Virus record (IMG/VR): IMGVR_UViG_3300047445_000153
Location: 1-64,000 of that record
Length of the DNA stretch: 64,000 bases
Origin: a virus
Strand: one strand, 5' to 3'
Below the pieces are notes generated by a model that made no database searches, had not been told where the DNA came from, and saw nothing but the letters and a program-made list of their open reading frames with translations. This document shows positions 9,913 through 19,698 of this stretch, in pieces (position 1 is the first letter of the stretch; every line of letters starts with the position of its first letter). Position numbers and translations under genes: made by a program.

Positions 9913-11034
9913 ATGCCGAAGAGCGTAGTCATCACACCGAGGATCCAAGCCCTCATCGCCCAGAACAACGGCGGTGAGTCGGTCGACCTCCAGTCGATCG
10001 CGGTCTTCGAGGCCTCGGTGCTGAACACTCGCCCGCTCTCGAAGCCGGGATCGATTTTCGACAAGGGTCAGGTGAGCGTGAGCACGCTCAGCCAGATGGC
10101 GACCTACCTGAACGGCGGCGGTTTCGTTCCGCTACAGACGCTGCACCCAGCGGGAGACGAGCTGCCGATCGGCCGCTTCTTCCACGCGCAGGTCATGCCC
10201 TCCACGCTCGCGGATGCGTCGAGCGAGCTGATCTCCCTCTTCTACCTGCCGAAGAGCGACGAGAACACGCCGAAGCTGGAGCAAGGGATCATTGACGAGG
10301 TCAGCGTTGGTGTCGTCGCGCAGCACATGAACTGCTCGCAGTGCGGCTGGGACTACATGAGCGCCGAGGCGACGTTCGACAACTTCTACGACCGCACGTG
10401 CGCGAACGGCCACGTGCTCGGCACGGATGGTGTGCACCTGAAGCTCGAAGGCCTGGACCGCTGGACCGAAACGTCGCTCGTGTCCAAGGGCGCCGCGAAC
10501 AACGCAAAGATCCTGGGCCGCGCGAAGCAGCGGCTCGGACAAGAGCAGTACGACCGCTTGGCAGCTTCGGGCGTTGCACCCGAGCAGAAGATGTTGATTG
10601 CCACCACCACAGACAAACCTCGGAGTCCGAAGATGGATAAGGAAACGCTGGAACTGATGACGCAGATGTCGGACTTGAAGGCCGATGCGAAGGTCTACAC
10701 GATCACGCTGGCCGCGAAGGATGCCGAACTCGCAACGCTCAAGGCAGCTGTCGAAACGAAGGATGCCGAGATCGCCACCCTGAAGGCCAGCGACGTCTCC
10801 ACCAAGCTGGCCGAAGTCGAAGGTCAAGTCGTCGCCCTGATGACCGCAAAAGAAACCGCCGAAACCGCGCTCGCAGCTGCTGAAGCTGAACTCGCGACGG
10901 CAAAAGCGCAAGTCGCCACGCTGCAAGCCGGTGCCGGAAACGGTGGCCGTGCCGAAGGTGCGGGCGCTGGCAACGTGAAGCTCGGACAAGCCCCGGCCGC
11001 TTCGGCGTTCAAGGCTGCGCCGCGCGCACGCTAA
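9913..11034 (+). CDS. prohead protease with C-terminal coiled-coil scaffold
   Basis: IDEVSVG, CSQCG, ETSLVSKGA protease-type motifs; Ala/Lys/Glu coiled coil; lies between portal and capsid. Confidence 0.8.
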   Translation: MPKSVVITPRIQALIAQNNGGESVDLQSIAVFEASVLNTRPLSKPGSIFDKGQVSVSTLSQMATYLNGGGFVPLQTLHPAGDELPIGRFFHAQVMPSTLADASSELISLFYLPKSDENTPKLEQGIIDEVSVGVVAQHMNCSQCGWDYMSAEATFDNFYDRTCANGHVLGTDGVHLKLEGLDRWTETSLVSKGAANNAKILGRAKQRLGQEQYDRLAASGVAPEQKMLIATTTDKPRSPKMDKETLELMTQMSDLKADAKVYTITLAAKDAELATLKAAVETKDAEIATLKASDVSTKLAEVEGQVVALMTAKETAETALAAAEAELATAKAQVATLQAGAGNGGRAEGAGAGNVKLGQAPAASAFKAAPRAR

Positions 11035-11058
11035 TCACTCGCAAACCGAGAGGAAAGA

Positions 11059-11466
11059 ATGGCAAACGTAATTGGTAATGGCGTCTCGCTTCGTGGCCTG
11101 TACCACGACGACTTCCAATACCCGTTCCTGCTCGCCACCGGAATCACCAAAGCCGACGAAGGCAAGGCTGTAGCTCTCGATGCGAGTGCAGCGAACACGG
11201 TGAAGCTGGCTGGCGACGGCGATCGGGTCATCGGCCGTCTGGAAGTGGTTGAAATCCGCGTGCAGGAAGGCATCAACATCGGCACGGTCTCGATTCAGGG
11301 TGGTCTCGACTACCCGGTCAAGGCCGGCGAAACGCTCGTCCCCGGCGACAGCGTCCTCGGCTCGACGGTCCTCGGATCGCTCAAGAAGGCGGGCGCTGGT
11401 GTTGTGACGAACCTCGTGGTCGTTCAAGTGCTGGCGAACGGCAACGCGGTCGCGATCAAGGCCTAA
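11059..11466 (+). CDS. head decoration / cement protein
   Basis: 135 aa, GKAVALD..TVKLAGDGD..GRLEVVE, immediately upstream of the capsid gene. Confidence 0.65.
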   Translation: MANVIGNGVSLRGLYHDDFQYPFLLATGITKADEGKAVALDASAANTVKLAGDGDRVIGRLEVVEIRVQEGINIGTVSIQGGLDYPVKAGETLVPGDSVLGSTVLGSLKKAGAGVVTNLVVVQVLANGNAVAIKA

Positions 11467-11574
11467 GCGCGGTCGGCTCCGTCCACCACCGGAGCCGGAT
11501 GAAAGAAGAAGCTGGGTGCCCCGACCACCACCGGGGTTCCCAGCGGGTTCAACCAAAACCACACGGATCGAAAC

Positions 11575-12762
11575 ATGCCCGATTTGATCGACATCAAGCG
11601 CGAAGCACCGGAAGTGGTGCTGAGCAATCTGCGGCCGGACGATGCGAGCGACCAAGGTCGCTCCATCATGGCCGGTCAAAAGCTGGTTCGCCTCGCGGCG
11701 GATTCCGGCCTCAACCTGCGTGACTACCTCACGCTCGCGATCGACCCGCGCAAGGCGTCGGAACCGGCACGCTACGAAGGCCTGAACGGCTACGAAGCCG
11801 CGCTGTCGTTCCTCAACCTGCCGGTTCGCCAGGACCTCGAACAAGGCGTGCTGCTGCAAGCCGCCTCGGAAACGTTCCAGACGTATCCTGGCACGCGTGC
11901 CATGTTCCCGGAAGTGATGGACGACGTGCTGCGCTGGCGCAATCGTCAAGACCAGCTGGAATCGGTCGCACCGATCCTCGCGCAATCGCGCACGATCACG
12001 GGCACCGAGATGATCTCGACGTTCGTCGACGACGACAGCGCCGAGCGCACCACGCACTCGGTGGCTGAATTCGGCCGCGTGCCGGTTCGCACGATCCGTA
12101 CGTCGCAGTCCAGCGTCGGTATCTTCAAGCACGGCTCGGGCTACCGTACCTCGTACGAGTTCAACCGCCGCGCTTCGCTCGACCTCATGACGCCCTTCGC
12201 GTCGCGTGTCGGTCGCGAGCTGGAGATCTCGAAGGTGCGCGCTGCCACGAGCATCCTGATCAACGGCGACGGCGTGAACCCCGCAGCTCCGGTGGTCAAC
12301 CTGACCGCGTTCGGCGGCGACGCAGCCAAGCCGTTCGCGACCAACTACAAGGCGCTCGCCAAGTGGTTGCTCGCTCGCGCGAAGGCGGGCTACCCGATCG
12401 ACACGCTGCTCGGCAACTACGACATGTTCATTGAAATCTTGTTCATGTTCCAGCCGGTGCTGAACCTGGGCACGGCCACGGACATCGAGAAGATGGTCGC
12501 GCACGGTGCGCCGCAAGTGAACACCAGCCTGCCGATTCTGAACAAGTCGGTGAACTTCGCGCTGTCCAGCTCGGTGCCGGAAGGCCAGCTGATCGGCTTC
12601 ACGAAGGGTGAAACGCTGGAAGAGCTGGTTGAAGCAGGTTCGAACATCTCGGAAAACGAGCGTTCGATCATCAACCAGTCGATCACGTACGTGCGCACCG
12701 AAAACACGGGCTACAAGCTCGCGTTCGGCGACACCCGTCAGATCCTCGACACCGCAGCCTAA
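11575..12762 (+). CDS. major capsid protein
   Basis: 395 aa, VAEFG..P HK97-like E-loop motif, strong codon bias, followed by a terminator. Confidence 0.85.
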   Translation: MPDLIDIKREAPEVVLSNLRPDDASDQGRSIMAGQKLVRLAADSGLNLRDYLTLAIDPRKASEPARYEGLNGYEAALSFLNLPVRQDLEQGVLLQAASETFQTYPGTRAMFPEVMDDVLRWRNRQDQLESVAPILAQSRTITGTEMISTFVDDDSAERTTHSVAEFGRVPVRTIRTSQSSVGIFKHGSGYRTSYEFNRRASLDLMTPFASRVGRELEISKVRAATSILINGDGVNPAAPVVNLTAFGGDAAKPFATNYKALAKWLLARAKAGYPIDTLLGNYDMFIEILFMFQPVLNLGTATDIEKMVAHGAPQVNTSLPILNKSVNFALSSSVPEGQLIGFTKGETLEELVEAGSNISENERSIINQSITYVRTENTGYKLAFGDTRQILDTAA

Positions 12763-12788
12763 TAGCTTCCGGGTTGAAGGGTTGAAGG

Positions 12789-12820
12789 AAAGGCCCGCCC
12801 TCACGGGTGGGCCTTTTTTC
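12789..12820 (+). terminator. intrinsic terminator after capsid gene
   Basis: AAAGGCCCGCCC-tcac-GGGTGGGCCTTT plus T-run. Confidence 0.85.
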
Positions 12821-12842
12821 ACGCCTACGGACTCCACCACAC

Positions 12843-13208
12843 ATGAAAGTCATTGCACACACCACTGGCGCCTTCCAGTTGCTGGACGCCTTCAGCGGCG
12901 ACCTCATCCCGGCGCACCGCCCCGCTGTCATCGAAAAGACGATGTTCATCACCGCGCGCCTCGCGATTGAGCAAGTGAAGATCGTCGCTGAAGTGAACAG
13001 CTCGGCGACCGACGCGCAATTCGTGAAGCACTGGAAGGACTCGGACGGCGACATGGATCTCGCGATCCAGTCGTTCCTCGCGATCTACGGCCTGGACGTC
13101 GTGGCTCAAGAAGACGTGGCTCGGGAGCGCGAAGCTGAAGCTGAGACGGCCGCGCAAGAACCCGAAGCTGCCCCCGCCCCCGACGCGAAGAAAACGTCGA
13201 AGAAGTAA
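12843..13208 (+). CDS. hypothetical head-associated protein
   Basis: start MKVIAH at 12843, after the terminator; synteny. Confidence 0.65.
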   Translation: MKVIAHTTGAFQLLDAFSGDLIPAHRPAVIEKTMFITARLAIEQVKIVAEVNSSATDAQFVKHWKDSDGDMDLAIQSFLAIYGLDVVAQEDVAREREAEAETAAQEPEAAPAPDAKKTSKK

Positions 13209-13232
13209 GGCCTCCACCGAACAGGACTCATC

Positions 13233-13649
13233 ATGGCAAGCGATCTCAAGTACAGCGTCCCGCTGAAGAACGCTCAGCAAGACGCGATCACGACCGTGCT
13301 CGGCTCGAACGCGGTGCTGGAACTCTACAGCGGCACGAAGCCCGCTGGAGGTCCCTCCACCGCAATTACGTCGCAAGTGTTGCTATCCACGCACGCGTGT
13401 AGCGCGACGTTTGCACCGGGTTCCGCGAACGGCGTGGTCACGCTCAACAGCATCGCGAACGGCACCGGCACCGCAGGCGCGGGCGCGGGCACGAACGCAA
13501 CGTGGTATCGCTTGAAGACCTCGGGCGGCGTCGCGCACGTGGACGGCACGGTTGGTATCAGCGGCTGCGACCTGAACATCGACAACCCGAACATCGCGAC
13601 TAATCAGGTGGTCAAGGTGACGAGCTTCACGCTGGCTAACGGCAACTGA
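13233..13649 (+). CDS. virion structural protein (beta-rich)
   Basis: LELYSGTKPA..ATWYRL..DGTVG..DL pattern seen in phage structural proteins; AGGA RBS. Confidence 0.65.
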   Translation: MASDLKYSVPLKNAQQDAITTVLGSNAVLELYSGTKPAGGPSTAITSQVLLSTHACSATFAPGSANGVVTLNSIANGTGTAGAGAGTNATWYRLKTSGGVAHVDGTVGISGCDLNIDNPNIATNQVVKVTSFTLANGN

Positions 13650-13669
13650 TGTTCTGATCGGGGGCACGC

Positions 13670-16003
13670 ATGGGTAGCCTCTCCGGCTCCACTACCATCC
13701 TCGCGGGCACGGAGACATTCAACCTCTCGTCGCCCGCGCAGACGGACTGGATTCAGTTCCCGCAGTCAGCAACCACGCCGAACCGGAAGTCAGGGGGCGG
13801 GTCGACCATCGGCCTGCCCACGCTCCTCGGTCCCGGCACGAAGACCTGGGGTGGCTTTGCCTTCGGGTATGGCTACACGTGGACGGGTGGCACGCCGACC
13901 GCGTCCGCTACCGCGCTCAAGCAAGGCATCTTCGTCAGCGTCTCACCGTCAGCGATTGGGCAGGGCTATCAGTTCACTCTGCCCGCTGACACCACCGAGC
14001 GCACCGTCACGATCTACTGGGGCGGCAATAGCTGTGCCTCGCAGCTTGATTTCACGCTGTCTGATGGTAGCGCGGCAGCACTGCAACACAACCCGACTGC
14101 TGCCGGGAATGGGGCTGCGCAATACCTGAGTACGACGCTGACGTACAGCGCGGACTCGGCGGGGCAAACGCTCACGTGCAAGCTCGTGGTCAAGACGCTC
14201 GTGGGAGGGAGCGGCAACGTCTGGATGGGCGCGGCCAAGTACCTGAACTCTACAACGACGACCTCCACCGGCACGGGCGCCGCTACGCAGGGCCGGAACG
14301 TCAGCTCGGCCTCGGGCTCGGTCGAGATCTCGGGCTCGGGTGCGGCCACCGAAGCGAAGGACACGGCAAGCGCTACCGGCGCCGTAGGCGTGGCGGGGAC
14401 AGGCTCGGTGACTCAGGCCCAGGACGTCAGTGCGGCGACCGGTGCGGTCGGTGTGGCGGGCACCGGCAGCGCCACGCAGGCGAAGAACACAGCTGCGGCA
14501 ACCGGCGCCGTAGGCGTGTCAGGAACCGGTAGCGCCACGCAGGTGAAGAACACGGGTGCGGCAACCGGCGCCGTGGAAGTCTCGGGCACAGCATCGAGCA
14601 CGCAGGCAGTGGGCTCGGGCAACGGCACGGCGCAGCTCGGGATCACCGGCACCGCGGCGTCTAGCGAGCAGCCAGACACGAGCGCGGCGAGCGCGGGGGT
14701 GGAGGTCAGCGGCAACGCTGCCTCGACGCAGGCTCGGGATACAGCTGCGGCCACCGGCAGCGTGCAGGCTACCGGGTCCGGTGCAGCGACGCAGCAGAAG
14801 GACATGGCGTCGGCTGTGGTCACGGTGGACGTCACCGGCTCGGCGGCGTCGGTCCAGGCGCCGAACATCTCCGAGGCCACCGCCGTGATCGGCGACGAAT
14901 CGCACGGTGCTGGTGCGGCCACGCAGGCGCCGAACGTTTCGAACGCAACCGGCTCGGTGTCGGTCGAGGGGAGCGCCGCGAGCACGCAGCAAGCCGACAC
15001 GGCGGATGCAACCGGCTCGGTGTCGATCGAGGGTACCGGCGCGGCGACGCAGGCGCCGAACATCTCCGACGCGACGGGCACCGTCACGGGCAGCAATGAA
15101 GTGACCGGCACGGGCGCCGCCACACAGGCGCCGAACGTGTCGACCGCGTCAGCAACGGTGGTGGTCACGGGTTCTGCGTCAAGCGTGCAGCGCAAGAACG
15201 TCTCGCACGCATCAGCTTTGGTATCTGGGGGTGATACGCCGCCCCCGATCCGTAACGTTGTTCTGAACAGAGGACGAGCCATGAAATGGTTCCAAGCGGG
15301 TGAAGACCTCACCTTCGACATCGACATTCTGGTCAACGGCATTCCGTCGCAGCCCGACGCGGGCACGGTCAGCTACACGGTGCGCGATCAGGCTGGCCAG
15401 CCGATCCCCGGTCTGAACCAGCAGCCGGTCGCCGTGCCGGGGACGACCGCGTCGATCTCTGTGCCCGCCAGCGCCAACCAGCTTGCCTCGGGGTCCGAGA
15501 GCGAGTCACGCATCGTGACGCTCTCGTTCATCGCGGCCGGACAGAGCCGCCAGCTGCGCACGTCCTACAGCCTGCACGCGTTCCTACCCATCGAAGCCTC
15601 ATGCGACGCGGTGCGCAGCTTAGTCGGGGTGTCGGTGGACGAACTACCGGACGACGACATCGATCTGGTCGTCTCCTACTTCGACCTCGTGGCTGAGGAG
15701 GGCGAGACATTCCGCAGCGCCTTTACGGCAACGAACCAGTCGCGCGGGGCGGCGAACCGCGCGCTCGCGCTGCGCGCCGCGCTCGATGCTGTCCCGTCGT
15801 TGCAGCTGCGGATTTTCCAGTCGCGCCAGAGCGAGAACTCATCGTTCAGCCGCTTCACGGCGGTTGACTTCGAGCGCTTGAAGAATGATCTGCGCGACAA
15901 GCTGGCCGCAGCACTGAAGAGCATCACGGCCCCCTCGGTCAGCGCCTCGATCCCGACGCTGTTCGTGGTGTCATCCCCAACCGACTCTCTGACGAACTCA
16001 TAA
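13670..16003 (+). CDS. fibre-like protein with 21-aa repeats fused to a probable head-tail adaptor domain
   Basis: N-terminal beta domain, about 15 GxGxATQAxxxxxATGxVxV repeats, C-terminal domain from MKWFQA. Confidence 0.7.
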   Translation: MGSLSGSTTILAGTETFNLSSPAQTDWIQFPQSATTPNRKSGGGSTIGLPTLLGPGTKTWGGFAFGYGYTWTGGTPTASATALKQGIFVSVSPSAIGQGYQFTLPADTTERTVTIYWGGNSCASQLDFTLSDGSAAALQHNPTAAGNGAAQYLSTTLTYSADSAGQTLTCKLVVKTLVGGSGNVWMGAAKYLNSTTTTSTGTGAATQGRNVSSASGSVEISGSGAATEAKDTASATGAVGVAGTGSVTQAQDVSAATGAVGVAGTGSATQAKNTAAATGAVGVSGTGSATQVKNTGAATGAVEVSGTASSTQAVGSGNGTAQLGITGTAASSEQPDTSAASAGVEVSGNAASTQARDTAAATGSVQATGSGAATQQKDMASAVVTVDVTGSAASVQAPNISEATAVIGDESHGAGAATQAPNVSNATGSVSVEGSAASTQQADTADATGSVSIEGTGAATQAPNISDATGTVTGSNEVTGTGAATQAPNVSTASATVVVTGSASSVQRKNVSHASALVSGGDTPPPIRNVVLNRGRAMKWFQAGEDLTFDIDILVNGIPSQPDAGTVSYTVRDQAGQPIPGLNQQPVAVPGTTASISVPASANQLASGSESESRIVTLSFIAAGQSRQLRTSYSLHAFLPIEASCDAVRSLVGVSVDELPDDDIDLVVSYFDLVAEEGETFRSAFTATNQSRGAANRALALRAALDAVPSLQLRIFQSRQSENSSFSRFTAVDFERLKNDLRDKLAAALKSITAPSVSASIPTLFVVSSPTDSLTNS
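14270..15215 (+). repeat. 63-bp (21-aa) degenerate tandem repeat array
   Basis: GTGSVTQAQDVSAATGAVGVA-like units. Confidence 0.8.
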
Positions 16004-16515
16004 TGGCCATCGTGAACCTCACGCGTGTCCTGATCAACACGACGCGCGGCAACTCGAAGATCTGGGGCAACGTCACTCTGCCGACCCCCGGCACGAGCGG
16101 CACCGTTGCGTTCGGGCCTGTTGCGAAGGTCCTGCTCGCGAAGCGTGGCTCAGTCGCGTACCCCGGCGACACCGTCATCGACCTCGACGACCGCTACGTC
16201 CTCGGCTACTACAGCAAGTCGGCCAACGACGAGCTGTTCCGCATGTTCCGCACGCCCTTCGCTGCGGACGTGATGCGGGTGGTCCCCGGCCAGGACCCGG
16301 TGACGGGATTCGATCGAGGCAGCAAGCCGGTGAAGGTCGGCTTCGCATGGTACGACTCGATGAACACTGGCTACGAGAATGACGTCAACTCGCTCAAGCG
16401 CACGAAGTACCGGATCATCACCGGCTTCGATCTGAAGGTGGGCGACCTACTCGATGGCATGAAGATCGCGACCGTCGCACAAGAGCTGGGCGTCACAATC
16501 GCTGAGGCCGAGTAA
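16003..16515 (+). CDS. putative head-closure / neck protein
   Basis: translationally coupled, neck position, QDPVTG motif. Confidence 0.55.
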   Translation: MAIVNLTRVLINTTRGNSKIWGNVTLPTPGTSGTVAFGPVAKVLLAKRGSVAYPGDTVIDLDDRYVLGYYSKSANDELFRMFRTPFAADVMRVVPGQDPVTGFDRGSKPVKVGFAWYDSMNTGYENDVNSLKRTKYRIITGFDLKVGDLLDGMKIATVAQELGVTIAEAE

Positions 16516-17378
16516 TGGCAACCCGTCCGCTCGACAAGGAATGGGCCGAGGTTAAAGCCTACGTGGAGGATATCTTCTTCACGGACCTGAACGAGAAGAT
16601 CGAGGGTGTTGCCGTCGATCTTGCGGATGAGATCGAGAAGTCGATCACCAAGCAGCTCGACACCTTCTTCTCGAACTTGGCGAACATGTTCGGGAACTGG
16701 GCGAACGGAGCCCCGGATTGGGTGCTTGATACCAACGGCGAGTGGCAGAACTACGCCTACTCTTACGCGGACTTCAAACAGGTCAAGAAGCGCGGTAGCC
16801 GGGACTTCTTCGTGCTGCGTGAGATGGCCCCGGCCTTTCGAGGCAAGTCCAACCTGGATCGCTACCTGCGTCGCCAGCGCCAGAAACGCGACACGAAGAC
16901 GAGAAAGAAAGGTCAGCTGAAGGGGCCGAGCCTCAAGCAAGAGATCAAGAGCCTAGCGAATCCCTCGAAGTATTGGGGAAGGCCCCTCGTGCTGATCGAG
17001 TCCCATACGAATACCCGCGGCAGGGATGGCAAGCGGCGTTACAACAAGGGCGTGACGCGCATGGGGAGTCATCCAGGCGGGCGGATCATGAACATCAAAG
17101 GGGACTTCGTCACCCTCCATGTCGAGTGGCTACCCGCGCTTTCAGGGCTTGACGTGCTCGAACGGGGCATCACCGAAGAGCCCGCTGCCGCAATGGGAAA
17201 GGGTGCGGGGGCTAGTCTTCCTCACGACGTGATTGCGAAGCTGATGAACCGCGAGATGCGCAACGACGGAAAGCTGGCGTACCGGCCGCTGCTTGGCCCC
17301 TACATGCTCTGGTATCAAGACACCACGGTGAGGCAGGTCATGCGGAAGACCGCCCTACCCTACGGACCACAACTATGA
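16515..17378 (+). CDS. putative neck / tail completion protein
   Basis: coupled ORF, basic, neck position. Confidence 0.5.
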   Translation: MATRPLDKEWAEVKAYVEDIFFTDLNEKIEGVAVDLADEIEKSITKQLDTFFSNLANMFGNWANGAPDWVLDTNGEWQNYAYSYADFKQVKKRGSRDFFVLREMAPAFRGKSNLDRYLRRQRQKRDTKTRKKGQLKGPSLKQEIKSLANPSKYWGRPLVLIESHTNTRGRDGKRRYNKGVTRMGSHPGGRIMNIKGDFVTLHVEWLPALSGLDVLERGITEEPAAAMGKGAGASLPHDVIAKLMNREMRNDGKLAYRPLLGPYMLWYQDTTVRQVMRKTALPYGPQL

Positions 17379-17836
17379 TCAGCGAAAACATTTACGAAGA
17401 CCTGCTCGCGAGCCTGATGAAGTTCTGCAAGGATTTCGCGGCTGAGATCAATGTCGTCGATGAAGACCCATTCCAGCCGGTGCTTCTCGACGCTCTCAAC
17501 GACTATGAGCAGCTGCCGAAAGGGTCGTTGATTGGCGTGGCGGGCTACACGATCGACATCGACGAACATCTGGTGTCGGTGAAGACGATGATCGGGATTG
17601 GAACCGAGAACGACACGAACACGTTCCGCTTGACGGCGGCGATGGGTAAGCTCGTCAATCGGCTCTTGCCGACGAAGCGTATCGACGTGATCGATTCCGT
17701 GACTGGGGAAGTGCTCGGGGGGATGTCTATCGAATCTGGCGTTCGAGTGATGCCAGCGAGTAATGCAGGCGGACGGACCATGAAGTACATCGCGTTCATG
17801 GCCTCATCCGACGTCACTGTGGCTCTTTCTTCTTGA
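17375..17836 (+). CDS. putative tail terminator
   Basis: 153 aa, acidic, just upstream of tail tube. Confidence 0.5.
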   Translation: MISENIYEDLLASLMKFCKDFAAEINVVDEDPFQPVLLDALNDYEQLPKGSLIGVAGYTIDIDEHLVSVKTMIGIGTENDTNTFRLTAAMGKLVNRLLPTKRIDVIDSVTGEVLGGMSIESGVRVMPASNAGGRTMKYIAFMASSDVTVALSS

Positions 17837-18008
17837 TGCTCTCGATCAACTTCAGATCAGAGCTTGTGCCAACGTCGATCCCAGCTTCAATCAGCAAGAT
17901 CAGCTCGGCGTTCTTCGTGCGCCGGTTGATCTTGGCCCGCACCACAACCTGTTCGTGAACCTCGCGCGGCAGGCGCAACGTCGAAGCCACCATATCGTCC
18001 ATTTCCAT
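17814..18008 (-). CDS. Arc-family ribbon-helix-helix regulator
   Basis: STLRLPREVHEQV..RAKINRRTKNAELILLI Arc pattern; AGGAG RBS. Confidence 0.8.
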   Translation of the reverse strand: MEMDDMVASTLRLPREVHEQVVVRAKINRRTKNAELILLIEAGIDVGTSSDLKLIESIKKKEPQ

Positions 18009-18032
18009 AACTTGGTTCTCCTATCAACCAAT

Positions 18033-18069
18033 AAAAACCTTTGATTCTCAAAGGTAGCACACGTAGCAT
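18033..18069 (+). promoter_or_regulatory. putative promoter of tail tube gene
   Basis: AAAAACCT TTGATT-17-TAGCAT. Confidence 0.55.
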
Positions 18070-18104
18070 CCGTGCTACCAGATTTTTCAACCGGAGAACT
18101 CACG

Positions 18105-18896
18105 ATGGCTGGTGAAGCAAAGTCAAATAAGTTCATGCTGGGCACGGCCACCGTGATGATTGGCCCCCAGTCGGAACTGTTCAACCTGAACCCGCTCGAA
18201 CACTCGATCGGCCTCGTCAAGAACTTCACCATCAGCGGCGAACCGGCATACACCGAACTGACGCAGGGCGTGAAGAACTCGGTGGTGTACTCGGTGATGA
18301 CCGGCAACCCGGTCACGGCGACGATGGAAGTGTACGAACACACGTCGAAGAACTTGGCCTATGGCCTGGGGCTCGACGGCTCGACGTTCGACCCGACCAC
18401 GGTCAGCACCACGACCAACGCCGACATTCCGGCCAACCCGGCGGGTACGTCGCTGATCCCGGCGACGCTCGTCACGGGCTTCACGGAGGGCGACTGGCTT
18501 CAGGTGCTGACCCCCGGCATCGCCGACAAGGTGCTCGTCGCCAAGATCAAGACGATCGACGCGACGGCGAAGACCTTCACGGTCGAGGATGAGCAGTCGT
18601 TCGACTACGCCATCCCGTCTGGCGCGGTCATCAAGAAGGTGAACGTGGTTGGTATCGGCTCGCGCTCGGACCAGCCGTTCCTGTCGGCAAAGGTCGTCGG
18701 CCAGCTCGCGGACACCACGCCGGTCGCGCTGCTGATCCCGAAGATCCGTATCACGGGCGGCTTCACGCTGGCGTTCAAGTCGGACTCGTTCGGCAACCTG
18801 CCGTACAAGTTCCAGCCGTACGACCTGACGCTGGACGACCCGTTCTACGACACCTTCCTGCCGTTCGGTCAGGCGATGCTCGCAGCGGCAAACTAA
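18105..18896 (+). CDS. major tail (tube) protein
   Basis: GGAG RBS; position before chaperones and tape measure; SIGLVKNFTI, LAFKSDSFGNLPYKF. Confidence 0.8.
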   Translation: MAGEAKSNKFMLGTATVMIGPQSELFNLNPLEHSIGLVKNFTISGEPAYTELTQGVKNSVVYSVMTGNPVTATMEVYEHTSKNLAYGLGLDGSTFDPTTVSTTTNADIPANPAGTSLIPATLVTGFTEGDWLQVLTPGIADKVLVAKIKTIDATAKTFTVEDEQSFDYAIPSGAVIKKVNVVGIGSRSDQPFLSAKVVGQLADTTPVALLIPKIRITGGFTLAFKSDSFGNLPYKFQPYDLTLDDPFYDTFLPFGQAMLAAAN

Positions 18897-18912
18897 GGTT
18901 CTTCGCGGTACT

Positions 18913-18970
18913 AAAAAGATCCTTGATGCACCAAGCCACACGGTCTAAGATCCGTGTGGCTTTCTCATTT
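18913..18970 (+). promoter_or_regulatory. overlapping terminator-like hairpin and promoter
   Basis: AAGCCACACGG-tctaagat-CCGTGTGGCTT plus T-run; TTGATG-17-TAAGAT with the -10 in the loop. Confidence 0.55.
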
Positions 18971-18981
18971 CCGGATCAAAC

Positions 18982-19410
18982 ATGTCCACCACCACGAAGA
19001 AACCCACAGCTCCCGTGCCGCGTCTGAAGGTCACCGTCAACGGCGAGCCGCGCGAGCTGTTCATGTCGTTCGGCTTGCTCAACGAGCTTTGCCGAGGCGT
19101 CGGCAACGTCCAAGCCGCGATCCAGATCCCGGCCGACTCTGAGCTGCGCGACTACACCCTGATGGCCATCCTGTCGCCGCGCGATGCCCACGGCGAGGTC
19201 CAAGACCCGATCAATCTACGCTTGCTGGACATGTCGCTCGACGACGCCGAAGCCGTGCTGACCTGGGCCTCGGAGCACTGTTGCGATTTTTTTCTGCGGA
19301 CGATGGAGAGAATCGTCAAGACGCAGGAGAAAAATCTGGAGCGATACACGAAACTCGCACCAAAAAGCCAGGAAAGCTCACCGCCTTCACCGACTGGTTC
19401 CGCGACCTGA
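18982..19410 (+). CDS. tail assembly chaperone (gpG-like)
   Basis: between tail tube and tape measure; DFF motif on T TTT TTT. Confidence 0.75.
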   Translation: MSTTTKKPTAPVPRLKVTVNGEPRELFMSFGLLNELCRGVGNVQAAIQIPADSELRDYTLMAILSPRDAHGEVQDPINLRLLDMSLDDAEAVLTWASEHCCDFFLRTMERIVKTQEKNLERYTKLAPKSQESSPPSPTGSAT

Positions 19411-19697
19411 GCTTCACGGAAGGGGTCTGCTGGGCGTTTGATGTAGTGCCCTCCCAGCTCTCCCGAATTATCTGGTCCTACACCCGCGAGGACATTAAAA
19501 TTCGCACACGCTTGAAGCTTGGCGAGGGTCAAGCGCATCATGTGCAGCAATTCCAGACGATCGCCACCCTTCTCTCCGGATTCTTAGGCTCTGATTCTGC
19601 CGACTCAAGTGGCTCAGATAGTGAGTCATCCTCATCGGTGCCGAAGAACTTCGAGGATGCGCAACGTCAACTAGCAGCAGTCTTCGGGAAATCGTAG
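19287..19697 (+). CDS. -1 frameshift extension of tail chaperone (gpT-like)
   Basis: slippery heptamer T TTT TTT at 19287-19293; -1 frame open to 19697, ending just before the TMP start. Confidence 0.65.
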   Translation, partial: FFSADDGENRQDAGEKSGAIHETRTKKPGKLTAFTDWFRDLSFTEGVCWAFDVVPSQLSRIIWSYTREDIKIRTRLKLGEGQAHHVQQFQTIATLLSGFLGSDSADSSGSDSESSSSVPKNFEDAQRQLAAVFGKS

Positions 19698-19698
19698 G

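Noticed and set aside
11035-12840. 601-aa antisense ORF over capsid genes, and similar long ones at 28584-30623 and 51358-53226
   Set aside because: Antisense shadows of well-supported genes
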